In this document: in pieces, positions 12,781 to 26,555 of the stretch
Numbering within the stretch: position 1 is the stretch's first letter
Layout: every line of letters starts with the position of its first letter
DNA from: Octopus sinensis
Lineage: Eukaryota
DNA length: 64,000 nucleotides
Reading direction: 5' to 3'
Assembly: GCF_006345805.1 (NCBI RefSeq)
Contig: NC_043009.1
Location: 27,280,001 to 27,344,000 of the forward strand
Position numbers and translations under genes: made by a program
The notes under the pieces: generated by a model
Database searches by the model: none
Told to the model about the DNA's origin: nothing
The model's input: only the letters and a program-made list of their open reading frames with translations

Positions 12781-12999
12781 TGGATAAACTGGGATTTTCA
12801 GAAAGAGAAATGAGCCGGCTGATTCATGCATTACAAGTACAATCTGTGAGTGGAACAGTAAAAATATGCAAGACTTTCCTCAAGTTCCAAATGTGAATTT
12901 GTCCGTGTTAACTACATTCAAAGATGGAACCTTGTATCTTTGTTGGAAACCGGCTCGCTCTTCAGTGGAAGATTTATAATAATTAAAAAATAGAAGAGA

Positions 13000-13290
13000 C
13001 ATACATACATACATACATACATGCATGCATACATACATACAAGCATACATACATGCATACATGCATACATACATACATATATACAAACATACATACATAC
13101 ATACATGCATACATACATACATACATACATACATACATACATGCATACATGCATACATACATACATACATACATGCATACATGCATACATACATACATAC
13201 ATACAAACATACATACATGCATACATGCATGCATACAGACATACATACATGCATACATACATACATACATACATACATACATACACACAT
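13000..13290 (+). repeat. (TACA/TGCA)n microsatellite (also 12240-12295, 12491-12570, 42000-42080, 42510-42655)
   Basis: Read directly. Confidence 0.97.
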
Positions 13291-13439
13291 ACATATAATT
13301 TCACTACTCTTATAAATCCTCTGCTTTTGTTATGGTAATACACCAATGAACATATAAAAGCGATAAAATTAAGATATTTCCATCAATCAAAAACTATACA
13401 TAACTGAAGAGGTCATAACTAGATCAAAATATGACAAGC

Positions 13440-13810
13440 TTTATCTCCCGTGCACGTTGAATATCTTGCGATCAGTGATGTAGCTAGGATATGGCAGGCA
13501 GGGCACTTGCCATGAGCGAAGTTCTGATGGTGGGGCGCAATTTTGAGTCATGAATGTGTAAAGTAACTTACATTTGGCAAATTTTTCAGTCCATTCATGC
13601 ACCTCCAAGTACGCTGCGGCAAATTTTATTGATGTGTGGGTGGTCTCAAGAATGTTGGCCAATGCCTTGTTAGTCGCATTTGCGCCCCACAACCAGAAAC
13701 CACGCCACCACGATACTTGTTGTTTTGAATCAAGAAATATGCGCGTAAATATGCCTCACCGCCGCAAGTTAATATCCTTCTGCCTTCAGACCATCATCGG
13801 TGCCCTTCCC
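13440..13810 (-). mobile_element. Tc1-like transposase remnant (copy ~42802-43151)
   Basis: Decayed 'VWGA...FM(T)QN(C)APP...LPYPS' (ORF 13441-13692). Confidence 0.6.
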
Positions 13811-15556
13811 TCTCTACTCTCGTTTGTCAAAATATCTATTTTCAATTTTTTAAAATTGGTTACGAGCCAATTAAGCCATTCGAGCCGTACACTCCCATAC
13901 AAATTAGCCCGCAGCTTAGTCAGAAGTAGCTACTTCCCCTTAACGTTTAAAGTTCTATACGAATAGCTATTTGGCTGACAGTTGTCAACGTTCTCTGCAA
14001 ACAATTGGTTGATACGGCAATTTCAGATCATTAATCTTTATACTGACGATCTTCTTGGGAATTAATCCTTACGTTTCTTCCTTGCTCAAAGTTGTTGATC
14101 ATACTTGCGTGAGTAAATATTTCCGATATTCTTATGCCTGTGCACAGTGGTAGATTTAGTTTCAAAAAGGTTTGAAAGATTATTTCTGATATGATATTTT
14201 CACTTGCATATGCAAGCAGAGTAATTTTTTAATGTTAAATCGTAAACATGAGCCAAATTTGTTGACACGTTTTCTAACCAGACCCACTCAAAACCATCAA
14301 ATCAAAAATCTTTAATTTTCAATACTGCAATGGTACGGACTCGAAATAATCAGTTTTTTACTGAAAATATTGTGAAACTGTCAAAATTGTATCGCATCCT
14401 GAAAAAATTGTTAGCTTTTTCCTCACGTGTGACTGAATATTGAAAAAAGTAAATAACTAATAAAGAAATAGGTATTTCGCCTGTCTTTACGTTCTGAGTT
14501 CAAATTCCGCCGAGGTCGACTTTGCCTTTCATCCATTCGGGATGAAGTAAGTACCAGTTACGCACTGGGCTCGATATAATCGACTTAATCCGTTTGTCTG
14601 TCCTTATTTGTCCCCTCTGTGTGTAGCCCCTGTGGGCAGTAAAGAAATAAGAAATGAAGCTTACGATAACGTAGTCCAAGACACTCAAACTAAATCCGTA
14701 TAGCATTTTGAAATTTCCACCTATCTTTGTAACTGGTTTGTCTGCTTTGTCACTCATCGTAGTGCAAGATAGATTCTTGGAAATTATAAAAAGCAAAGAA
14801 AGTACTTTTATGAGGTCGACTTTGCTTTTATTCTTTCGAAGTCGATAAATTAACTACCAGTTGTGTACTTCGGTCGACCAAATCGACTGGTTCCCTCCCC
14901 CAAAATGTCGGGCCTTGTTCCTAGAGTAGATAAGAGTAGTTCTTCTTTCCTTCAGATTATGTTCGACACGAGACATTTTTTTTATCGTGTATGTGTATGT
15001 GTGTGTGTGTGCGAGTGAATGTGCGACTGAGTTTGTGTGTGCTTCTTATGTAATGCGTGGTTGTATAGTTATGTGTTATATATTAATAGTGTAGCATATC
15101 GAATATGATTTGTGCCAATTGTTGATGATTTATCACCGTTTATTAATTATATATGTCAATTGCTGTGTTTCGTTTTAAGTATTTTGCAGCGGCAATCGAC
15201 CAAGTTGTAGCGATTCGAATGGAATGTCATAGGACTTCAGGGCTTTTCTTGCTTTCATACATTTCATTGCATTCCTGAACTTGAGTATTGGGGTGTCAAA
15301 TTTATGATGGGAAAGGAGAGCATGGTGGAACCTTGGTTTCTTACTGATGGTAATTTTCATACATGAGATGACCAGACGGTGATCAGTCCAACAGTCTTCA
15401 AAAACTCTTTACCCTATTTCTAAAGATGTGAGAAGCACGGTAGGTTCCAAATGAACTCAAAGACTCCGTCAACACCATTAGTTTCAAGAGAGGAGATAGA
15501 AAATCCTGCGGAAACTTTTGTGGAATCTCATTATTTTGCTATTGTAGGAACGAGTT

Positions 15557-15840
15557 GTGCTCGAATACACTTTAACCGTCTTCAGATCATTGCGGAATGA
15601 GGTCTTACAGAATCCTAATGTGGTTTTCGAGCATCCTGTTGAACCACAGGCATGATATTCTGTGCTAGGTAAATCGAAGAGAAGCACCGAGAACAACAAC
15701 AAAACCCCCTTTTCCTTGTGCTTATGATCTGGAAAAGGCTATTGACAGTGTGCCGAGTCCAACCATGTGGATGGTGTTTGATAATTTCGGATGTCCTGAT
15801 CATCTCGTCACCTTACCCAAGTCCTGCATGATGACATATC
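15557..15840 (+). mobile_element. RTE-clade LINE reverse transcriptase remnant (copy ~46690-46980)
   Basis: ARIHFNRL...TES*CGFRASC*TTGMIFCAR*IEEKHREQQ...DLEKAIDSVP...MW..F..FGCP, with stops. Confidence 0.85.
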
Positions 15841-17788
15841 TGAACATGCATAAGAATCCCAATTCCATATGGATTGGAACAACGTTGTGTTCTCGCTCCT
15901 ACGCTTCTCCCTGTACCTTGCTGCAATGATCCATGAACTTCTCACAGATCAACCAGGAAGAGATATTAGATGCAATTGCTGAGTGGTATCAACGAGATTA
16001 GAAAAGGCCTTTCGGAAGGCTTCCATGACGATGGTTTAACTAAACGATTTTCACAAGATGGGCAACAAGAAAGAACAGGAAGTACATTGTGATCAGCGAT
16101 GACATCCGATAGTCTAGTCGGTAGAGTGATACGGTTATATAATGATTTCAAATTTTACCACAAGGTCAGCTAATTTGGCGGAGCGGATGTGTCAATTACA
16201 TCGTCCTCGGTGTTCAGATGTTACTTAATTTATCGATCTCAAAAGGATGAAAGGCAAAGTCGACCTCGGTGGAATTTGAACTCAGAACATAGCAGCAGAC
16301 GAAATACTCCCAAGCACTTCCCCCGGCGTGCTAACGATTCTGCCAGCTCACCGTCTTATATGGGTATATAATGTTTATAATGTTTCAAATTTCAGTTTTG
16401 GAGTCGTGTCTATAGAGTCTAGCAATCCGTGCCCAAATATATTAGAAAAACCGTTGAATCAAAAGAAGCAGCTATACTCGTGGTGCAAAAGACACATACG
16501 TTCCTAGTTAGATGGGATTCTGACTGAATTCCAGATTAAGTACGTATCAATTTAAATTTATTCTAATACATTTGGGAATAAATTTCCATTGGAAACTCTT
16601 CTTATGCTTGTTGGAATACAATGTAACAACTTAAAATGACTGATATTAATCAGATAAATAGCCTCATAATCTATGTATAACTACAGCAGTATTTAATAAT
16701 TTGTCTTATTGATATACTTTTATTGTGTAGTGCTATTATTGGTAAAAGAATTACAAATTTGACGAGAAATTCTAGAAAAGCTGTGGTTTTAATATGGCTG
16801 AAAATGAAGAATTTCAACTGAAATCAGTAAAACAGAAATCTACAACGTAAATATTTTTTATCCTTAAATGGATTAAATAAAATGTTTTTTTTTCGAATTA
16901 ATCATATCACAAAAATTCATTTACTTCTTAGAGTTTGTCGTTAAATCACGTTTTGAAATGTCTTATGATTTGAAGCAATTTTATATTTGGATGTTTATGA
17001 TTAAATTATTCCATTTAGGAAATGGAATACTTCATAACAAAACTTAATAAACGAATAAACGTAAGAACTCAATATATGTTTTAGATGTCAACACATGAAT
17101 CCAGGCTATAACCTCAGTATTACGTAAATTTTTAATCCCTCTCTTTACATTGATAGTAGACCAGTTTACTTTAGAAAAATAAAATACTTATTTACTTATG
17201 AAAACCTTATGTTGTGATCAACTATATAACGAATTCTTTCATTCAAATGAATATTCAAAATTCATTTGTTGTGCGTGATATTGGTTGATGTCATAGATAC
17301 CAAGTAGCGCATTGGTGTATTAGGACAACAAACTACAACGTTTGTGTTAATGTTTTAATGTAAAGTATATACTAATCATTATCCAGATGATATCTACCAT
17401 GTACATTATCTCCTTGCTACTTGCCATCGTAAATTGTATTTTCAACTGAAGTAATCCGTTACTAATACGATATTTGCAAGATACATGGATGTTCAACATT
17501 CATGGGGCTGTTCCACAAATATAACATCAAGTTAATGGGATTATCTAAAGGTCATTATTTCCATATAATTGTTTTAATTTGCTACTTTGTAAAGACTAAT
17601 TCAATAATGTCTCACGTGATTTTTGTCGCGTCTAAAGTAAATTCAGTGTAATATTACTATTGAAAAACAAATAAGTATTATTAAATAGTTTCGTTTCGTA
17701 CACGTAAATTAATTATTTAGTTTTATATAGATGATAGTATTCACTTTCAATGAACTCATGTTTTGTTTTTAATTTTTTAAAAATTCAG

Positions 17789-18161
17789 ATATATCAAACA
17801 AGATATTGCACATCTCATAATACAATGCGGCAACTTTCGGCCCTTTTCAGCGCTGGCTCACGGTATGTTTTAAACTTTAGGTATTGTGTCAGCAATGCAG
17901 TTAATGAACTTGCCATTTCTCAGTGCAAGCGTTCCTTTTTTATGCTACCCTCCGAACTTTAATGCTTCGTTGATTCCTGCAAATCTTACAGAGGATGTAT
18001 TTACAAATGCTTCAACCGAGACAGCGACGATCAATGTTCTGTGTATAACAATAATTTCACTGGGAAGTATTATAACAACACCACCAAGTAATTCATCTAA
18101 ACTACAGTGTTCTTATGGACGGAAAGTTCTGACAGAGGAGTTTTTCACAATTGAAAGCGAG
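17789..18161 (+). pseudogene. slc22: G1 exon 1 (frameshifted)
   Basis: Aligns to 49125-49498 with at least 7 small indels. Confidence 0.85.
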
Positions 18162-18267
18162 GTGAGTGGTTGAGTCTCTTAATAGCTATAAACTTATATA
18201 TGAATACATACACACATGGACACCTGTGTTAGAATATACAAAACACACCACACACACACACACACAG

Positions 18268-18299
<32 letters not shown>

Positions 18300-18319
18300 A
18301 ATATATAGATATATATATA

Positions 18320-18373
<54 letters not shown>

Positions 18374-18457
18374 TAATATATATAATATATATGTACATAG
18401 TAGTGTGGATATAGAAATATATATATATGTGCGGCGTTTATGGATGTCTCTCTTTGC

Positions 18458-18499
<42 letters not shown>

Positions 18500-18519
18500 A
18501 TATTATATATATATATATA

Positions 18520-18915
18520 AGGGTTAAAAGGAACACACGATTGATATATATGAAAAAACCTTTCAAATAGAAATATTCTCCTGAATTGAACTGCAACAGA
18601 CCTCAAAATACAATCAAGGCACTCCCAATTTTCCACCCCTTCTCCTAATCACCCCTCTTCTCCTTCTACCCTACCAAGAATTTCACAACGAACTCAAACA
18701 CACAGTGAAACAAGGGGTAAGAGAAAGAGAAAGAAGGCACGACTGCCACTAAAATTTGAGAACTATACAAATATTCTTTAAAAAACTTTGTTCTAATTTT
18801 TCTAAATAAATTATTTAATCGTTACAGTTTGAAAAGGTTCTCAAAATGACCGAAACTGGTACTGAAATGTACTTTATAAAATTATTTTAGCATTTTCTAT
18901 TTTGACTTGTTTTTC
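18520..18915. mobile_element. G1-specific ~400-bp insertion in (TA)n, probably Penelope-derived
   Basis: No counterpart in G2 intron 1; contains ggt...acc-GAAAC-tg-GTA-ctg (18825-18864). Confidence 0.4.
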
Positions 18916-18937
18916 ATATATATATATATATGTATGC

Positions 18938-18979
<42 letters not shown>

Positions 18980-19084
18980 CTTTTTTGTGTCGAGAATTAG
19001 CAAACAAAACAACCACAAACAGGTAAAACGACACAGAGTGTGATTCAGGAGGTGGACAAAGACGAACGGTTTATTTCCTCATGT

Positions 19085-19123
19085 GCTTTCTGTTGAAGAG
19101 CGTAGGCTCGAAATGTAAAAGAC
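19085..19123 (+). ncRNA. Degenerate minimal hammerhead motif (copy at 50056-50094)
   Basis: gcttt-CTGTTGA-a-gagc gtag gctc-GAAA-tgta-aaagac; core A6>U and ACGT>ATGT. Confidence 0.45.
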
Positions 19124-19428
19124 TTTCTCACCTTCCCGAGCGTTAAACTAAAAACGTGCTTAATGTTTACACACCTGTGTTCGTCTTTTGTTTCCGGTAA
19201 ATTTCAACGATATATATATAGTAGATTAATAAAAAGGATTTCTTGGTACAGTATAATATATTTGAAAAGAATGAGTGGCGGTGGCTTTTTGAGAGATAAT
19301 CTTATTCAACATTACCCTGTTTAAATTGGAAAGAAACAATGCTCCTAACTATACGCGTCAATATGTTTAAAAAAATGAGTAAAATTCTCAAACTTTTTAT
19401 CCTATCAATTGTTATTTTCTTCTTACAG

Positions 19429-19529
19429 TGACTTAGTATGTGAGAGAAAATGGTTAAAATGCACTTCGCAATCAGTATTTTTCTCTGGTTTCTTGTTGGA
19501 TCAATTATACATGGTCTTTTATCTGACAG
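19429..19529 (+). pseudogene. slc22: G1 exon 2 (frameshifted)
   Basis: 101 nt vs 104 nt in G2 (-2 at the start, -1 internally); begins with an in-frame TGA. Confidence 0.85.
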
Positions 19530-20219
19530 GTAAGAGATAGAAACATATTGCTATAAAATCGAGCGTGTTGTGTTTGAAATAAGGTGAAATTTTTCCCATG
19601 CCCTTCTTAAGATGTAACTACTACTAAACTGTATTAAATGCAGTCGAAATAATCTCCAGTCAGTTTAAATTTGTAACTCATCCTCAGTTATCACTGAATG
19701 AATAATGAAAATCACAACTTTATATTCTTGGCACAGACAATTTCGTATTCCATTTCCATATAAGGAACAATTTTTACTATCTGGATTGCATTAAGACTCT
19801 CAATTTAAGGGATTATTATTTTTGAAGCATTTTAAAGAGGATGCTGGATGTTTTAAGACTTATGCAACAACTTTGATACGGAGATAACACAAACAATGCT
19901 TAAACACAGAATTTCAGGAAATGTACTCAAAACAATGCTTAAACACAGAATTTCAGGAAAATGTACTCACTAACTCCTTCGTTTTTTAAGTTACATTGGC
20001 GATGTGTTCATTTTCTCGTGGAAGAAGTTTTCAGAGATATTAAACAATGATATATAAAATAATGAGACAGCTGTATTTAATATATATATGACAAAATTTA
20101 CTTGAAAAGGATAGGTGGCGTTTATATATACATACACACACACACACATAATATATAATATATTAGATTGTAGGAATAAAAACAGAGAAAAAATGGATGT
20201 ATGAGAATTTATTTTTGTA

Positions 20220-20316
20220 TATGGGGGAGAACCTCTTCAGGATGCATCCTTCAAACGACGATGTCAACCCAAGTTCTATAAACTCATAACAAACCCTGAA
20301 GAGGTTCTGCCCCATA
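20220..20316. mobile_element. Small TA-flanked MITE (copy ~51298-51396)
   Basis: 22-bp TIRs tatgggggagaacctcttcagg / cctgaagaggttctgccccata (1 mismatch). Confidence 0.65.
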
Positions 20317-20511
20317 TATTAGAATAATATATATATCTATATATATATTATATATATATATTATATATTAACACAAATTTCTGCACATGAACCCGGATTT
20401 CTACCTTGGACAGGTCGCTTCAACCGTGTTTCTGACGTGAATTTACTACCCTGGTATCGGTCATCGAATTATCCATGTTGACGGATAAAAAATAGGATAA
20501 TACATTCACCT

Positions 20512-20557
<46 letters not shown>

Positions 20558-21035
20558 ATCTATCTATCTATCTATCTATCTATCATCTATCTATCTATCT
20601 ATCTATCTAATCTATATATATATATATATGTTTATTAAGACTATTTTGAACTCTTAAGCTGAAAATGATCCATCTATATTACAAAATGAGTTGATTATAT
20701 ATTGCTGTGGAATTTACTGCTGCATTAATTTACCAGCACCTGATACGCCAAGAGCAAGGCGGTGAGCTGGCAGAAACGTTAGCACGTTGGGTGAATTGCT
20801 TAGTGGTATTTCGTCTCTCATTACGTTCCAAGTTCAAATTCCGCCGAGGATGACTTTACCTTTCATCCTTTCGGGGTCGAGAAAATAAGTACCAATTGAG
20901 CAATAGGTCGATGTAATCGACTTAAATCCTTCCCTTCAAACTTCTAGCCATGTGCCAAAATTTGAAACCAATATTAAGTAATCCTTTTTAATTTCTTAAT
21001 CAAATAATAATTATTTCATTTCTTTTTGAATATAG

Positions 21036-21190
21036 ATTTGGTCGGAGACCCATTATATTATTGGCAAGTGTATGCCTAGTTATCTGTGGCATTATCAAAA
21101 TCTTCATGCCATCTTTCAGCATTTTTCTCATCCTACATTGGATTCAAGGCTTTGGATATGTTGGTATTTTGATTATCGTACATGCATTGG
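21036..21190 (+). CDS. slc22: G1 exon 3
   Basis: tatag|A TTT GGT CGG AGA...TTG G|gtaagt; RFGRRPIILLASVCLVICGIIKIFMPSF...; 155 nt. Confidence 0.88.
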
Positions 21191-21210
21191 GTAAGTTAAT
21201 CTCAAATGCA

Positions 21211-21271
<61 letters not shown>

Positions 21272-21553
21272 GGGTTAGTGGTTAGGGAGTTACACTCGCG
21301 ATTGCGAGATCGTGGGTTCGATTCCAAGACCGGGCGTTGTATTGTGTTCTTGAGCAAAGCATTTCACTTCACATTGCTCTGCGATCCTTTCGATATCTGA
21401 CATGTGGCACCTGCTGAACCTGTACAAGTAATGTCGATCTGATGGAGGGAATTGTTTTATATCTACACAAACATTTGATCACTGTAAACAAATCATCTGT
21501 GTGATTGTTCGGCAAGAAATTGTCGAACCCTCTAACGACGGGAGAGTCCATTG

Positions 21554-21592
<39 letters not shown>

Positions 21593-21595
<3 letters not shown>

Positions 21596-22450
21596 TAGCT
21601 GACGTACCCGGTAATTCCCGGGAAAGCGGGGCTTATCTCTTGGTTCCGTTCTCATAATTGTTTCGCCAATCAAATAACAACAATACAAAGTATGTAGCCC
21701 TTAAAACGGCTTTTGTGCATTTACAGAAAATACCAAACTGCCTTACACAGGATAATGTTTTTAGGAATTCCCAATAAGTTATGAATACTCAAATTGTCAA
21801 GTCAGTTATGTAATAACATGAAATTACTTATCCGATGGTTAGAATTAAAGTAAAGTAGCCCCGAAAAGTACTTTATGAGGAAATATTAGTAAGGCATGTA
21901 TACTAAAATCTTGAACCTTGTTACGTAATAACAGGCTAATCAGATATGAGATAATGACAATTCAAAGTAAATAATTCTGAAAAGGGCTTTTGTGCGTTCG
22001 CAGAGAATAGTATTACCCTTAGTGGTGCTAGTGTTGGTATATTCGTGAATATACCACTAACCGAAATAAGTGGATCTATTGTTTAGGAAAATACTATTTA
22101 CTTGTTTAAGGTTTGTACTAGATAAATTGCGAAATTTAAGAAATAAGCATACTCAATTTTTACCAAATGATTTAGGAAAATGCATGGGTTATTTCCCTTG
22201 GCTGTTAAAATCTGGGCGAATGAGTTATTTCCCTCGGATGTTAAAATGGAATATATTAGATATACATAAGGATGCCTTCCAGGGGTCCTATCATCGACTT
22301 TTTCAACAATATGAGTATCCCATGAGGTTTCCAGACATGAGTTCTACTCAGGTGTCAAGTTTCATCAAAATCGACAAAACAATGTAGGAATTAACTAACA
22401 ACTCCACAAACACACCCACAGACAGAATTTCCCACATGTGTAGTAGATAT
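21593..22450 (+). mobile_element. Helitron-like non-autonomous element (5' part only in unit 2, ~52909-53480)
   Basis: Starts tagctgacgtacccgg, contains aagtttcatcaaaatcg, ends gtagtagat, as in invertebrate non-autonomous Helitron-like repeats; no ORF. Confidence 0.4.
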
Positions 22451-22628
22451 TTCTCTGCGAATAGTTTTGTTATATGGTGCCGTATTTTACAATCCTGTAA
22501 ATAATAATAATGGTATTTTTATATAAGTTTACAGTTTATGGCATTCGCTGAGCAATGACTAAGGAAAAAAGTCTAATAACGAGGCATATAAGCCCTCGAC
22601 AGAAAAAAGAAGCCTCTCCTATCCGTGT

Positions 22629-22685
<57 letters not shown>

Positions 22686-22789
22686 GTATGTATATGTATA
22701 TGCAGGGTCGCCATTTTAGATTTTTTATTTCATGTACATTGTTTTTTATTTTCTCGATTACACAGTGTAGTAGGCTCAGTTGGGCACCG

Positions 22790-23449
22790 TCTGTGAGAAA
22801 TTCACTCTGCCCGAAATTTGGAAGCGAGATGTTGTACTGCATGGCATTCGTGCCGGATACTCCAATTTGAACATTTGAGAGTGTTTGGATGAGAGTGTAA
22901 CATGAGGACATGTACCGAGAGTGATAAAAATCAAACATCCAGTCAACATCATAGTGTTCAGATTGATCACTATTGATGGTGACGTTATGACTCCATTCAT
23001 CTTCCCACACAGCTTCAGACTCAACGCGGAGACCTACATCAAGTGCCTGGAGGAGGTAGTGCTGCACTGGGCCAAGAGGGTGGAACACAGTTATGGCTGT
23101 CAGACAATTTTTGCGACAACATCTCCCCTAACATCTGGCCACCTAACTCCCCACACTGGAAATCCTTTGATTACTATGTGTGGAGTGCATTGAGTGAGAG
23201 ACCAACAAAACTCCTTGTAACAGTAAATATAAACTGAAGGCAAGGAAACCCTCCAGAGAGTTGCAGGAGATTCCAAAGTTGTTCGGAGGCCGTGGTTGAA
23301 GCCAGTGGCGATTTTATTGAATAAATTTACTCTTTAGTGTTTCAAAATATTTTAATGTAATTTTGGTAAATACATCTGTTAAAACGAGACGTCAGTGTTA
23401 TTTTCATTTTTGCGTAATTTAGACGACAATTTATTCACCGTACACTGTA
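22790..23449 (+). mobile_element. Tc1/mariner (maT/DD37D-like) deletion derivative (3' part at ~53500-53932)
   Basis: KHPVNIIVF...DGDVMTPFIFP...NAETYIKCLEEVV; WPPNSPH...DYYVWS; terminus attcaccgtacactgta. Confidence 0.75.
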
Positions 23450-23663
23450 TATACACATACATATATAAAAGTGTTGCGTTCCTATTACTTTTATTCAAAC
23501 CAAGCCAAACCTATATGTAATGTTCACAATATTATTATCATATTAATATATCATTGAACTCTCATCATATATTCCAAAGTTTGAACAATTAGAAAGCTGA
23601 CATTTTAATGCAGTGTCACAATAAATATATATTTGAGCCTCCTTGCCCAGTCCCTGTATCCAT

Positions 23664-23931
<268 letters not shown>

Positions 23932-23970
23932 ATATATTTTCAAATTTGTAATTATAGGAATATGCAAACA

Positions 23971-24115
23971 TATGCGAACACGTCAATTTTTGTTATGCAA
24001 CCGTGTACAGCATAGCTGCGATATTTGTAACAGGATTCGCTTATGCCATATCCGACTGGCGTTATTTAGAATTGACAGTGTGTCTCCTGCCTATAACCAA
24101 CTTTTTCATTTGGGT
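23971..24115 (+). pseudogene. slc22: G1 exon 4 remnant (acceptor deleted)
   Basis: Matches 54290-54435 but lacks the 53 bp containing the polypyrimidine tract, the AG and the first codons. Confidence 0.85.
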
Positions 24116-24579
24116 GTGAGTTAAGTATATTTCGTTCTGCTATATTTCATTGTCTGAAATTCTGCTTTCAAGCAACAATATTTTCATTTTTTCCTAACAA
24201 AGCATATTTGAATATTCTGATGTAAATCGAATATGCAAAATAGAATTAAAATTCAATATTGCTTCGATATATTTTACTTCTACCAATAAAAAAGAACATC
24301 CTAATTCTTACATTTTTCTTATTTCTTGTTCCTCGTTAAATTTGTTTGCTGCACATCTGTCAATTTTAATTTCTGTGTTTACAACAAATGTACTCTCTTG
24401 ACATTGACCTATGCTGAAATATATATCGTAATTATTTCATTATCTCTATTATTCACAGCAACCATACTATAAATATGCCTTGCTACAATATTATATATTA
24501 TCCAAGAATTGCTCTCCTATCCATGTTTTATGAAAACAATATGATACTACATAGCATTTGAATTAAACGAGTGAATGTG

Positions 24580-24627
<48 letters not shown>

Positions 24628-24896
24628 ATGTATATAGTTGAAACTATATTTTCAAATCTGATATATTATACCTTTCCACCAGCTCTACATTTCCTTTGTA
24701 AAGCATTTATTTTGATAGAGCTTTTCTATTGAAAGACACATAGCTGTTTGCTTTTACAATTGCATTCAAGCTAACTGATGCTACAGGATCATGTTTTAAA
24801 GGGGAAAGAAGGAAGCTTCCTGTCGCAAAGAAATGTAAACTTACTTTACTCTGTGACGCAATAATATATACATATCCCTATGAATTCACACGCACA

Positions 24897-24931
<35 letters not shown>

Positions 24932-25439
24932 GCACGCACACACACACAGATATATATATATCCCTATTACAGTTTCAACAACAAATATTGTTAGCATACA
25001 GATGATACACGAGAAAGTTAGACGCCTTAACACTTAAGACCCGGAAAATATTTAAGATAGAAGTTGATTTCTACAAGCACTTAATGTAAAGTCTTTACCC
25101 CATGTAGAATTTTTCATTTCAGTTATGTGTTTAGTAAGTGAAAAAGGGAACACTTACAAACCTATTACGTAAAACCTAACGAATATTTAACACTTAACGT
25201 GGTTTGGTACAAAGTCAAAAAAGAAAAACTTGGGACTTTGTTTGTGACACTTTCACAGAGGTTATTTGTACCTGAAAATATCAGCATTATTAGATCTTTT
25301 TAAAGGTAACAATTAATGTTTTGCTCTTCTTTCTATTAATTTTCCCGGATTGCATTTACGTGGCTTCCATGGCTATGTTCAGACTGTAGCTGGTTACAGA
25401 AGCAACTGCGATCTGGCTCGGTTCGGATTAATATCCCCT

Positions 25440-25833
25440 CAGTTCTGTTAGCCGGCATGATTATCCAGAAGTGGTGGAAAGAGACCAATTAGTCTTACCC
25501 TCTATCCCTGGACTAGAAGTAGATACCTCATTTGGGACACCACAGTCTGCAACTCCTTTGCACTCTCCCATATCCTAGATGCTGCAGTAAATGGAAGGGT
25601 CCCTGCTTCCGTAACCGAATGGAAAAAAACTCTGAGGTATCGGGACCTGATATAGAACTATCGTTCGGAGGGATTGGGGCCAATAACCACGAAATGCTTG
25701 TCATTATTGGCAGCTCGCCACACCGAGGTTTCAGGTATGGCCGCGAGACCGCTTGGTTTTCCAACGCCTTAGCCTTGCCATTGCCCGTGGTAATGCTGCG
25801 AGAATACTGGCTTGTTTCAGTAGGATCCGTTGA
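25440..25833 (+). mobile_element. CRE-clade non-LTR retrotransposon RLE-domain remnant (copy ~55700-56015)
   Basis: GKRPISLTLYPWTRSRYLIWDTTVCNSFA...FQRLSLAIARGNAARIL. Confidence 0.8.
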
Positions 25834-26115
25834 ATCTTGTGGCAAGCGACCAATTCAAGTATTTGGCACTGCATTGTTTTTTTTAATATTTTTTCCTCTT
25901 TCTTCCCCACATATGGTTTTATCAGAAAGATTTTCAATAATTAGAAGCAAGTTAATTAAAGAATTTGCCAGCAAATTCTTATAAAATGACAATGTTCTAA
26001 AAGATGTACATTTAAATGGAAATAAAATCCTTTACGTAAACTACAATCTTGATGCATAATGTTCCATTTTCAGAGGTAATTTTTTTAAGCATTTACTCTT
26101 ATAAATCTTTTACAG

Positions 26116-26406
26116 TCATCTCCCTGAATCTCCAAGATGGCTCATTGAAAGAAAACGGTTTGTAGAAGCAGAAGCACTTTTCCGAAAAATAATGAAGAAA
26201 AATAAAATACAAAATCAAGAGGTGTTAGATATTTTTAGGAATAATGAGGAGAATGAGGAAGAGGAGGAGAAGACTTCATACAAGAACATTATTCAAGAAC
26301 ATGCATGTGAAGAAAAAGTTTTACCCAAGCAAAAGACTTATCTTTTCATTGATCTATTTAAAACATCGTTCATTGCATTAATCACACTTAATATTTGCTT
26401 TGGCTG
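26116..26406 (+). CDS. slc22: G1 exon 5
   Basis: HLPESPRWL...TLNICFGW; 291 nt, AG/GT. Confidence 0.9.
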
Positions 26407-26555
26407 GTAAATATTTCTTTAATAATCTCTTCTGTTTCGGACTGCATAAATTTATTGCTAGACGAACTGGTAATTATTCTAAATTAAACTGCATCAGGTT
26501 GCATAGAGTTATAAATATATCTGAATAACATGTCATAATATCCCAGATGTTTTAA

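Noticed and set aside
19871-19970. ~39-bp tandem duplication in G1 intron 2
   Set aside because: An ordinary slippage duplication (single copy in G2) with no functional signal.
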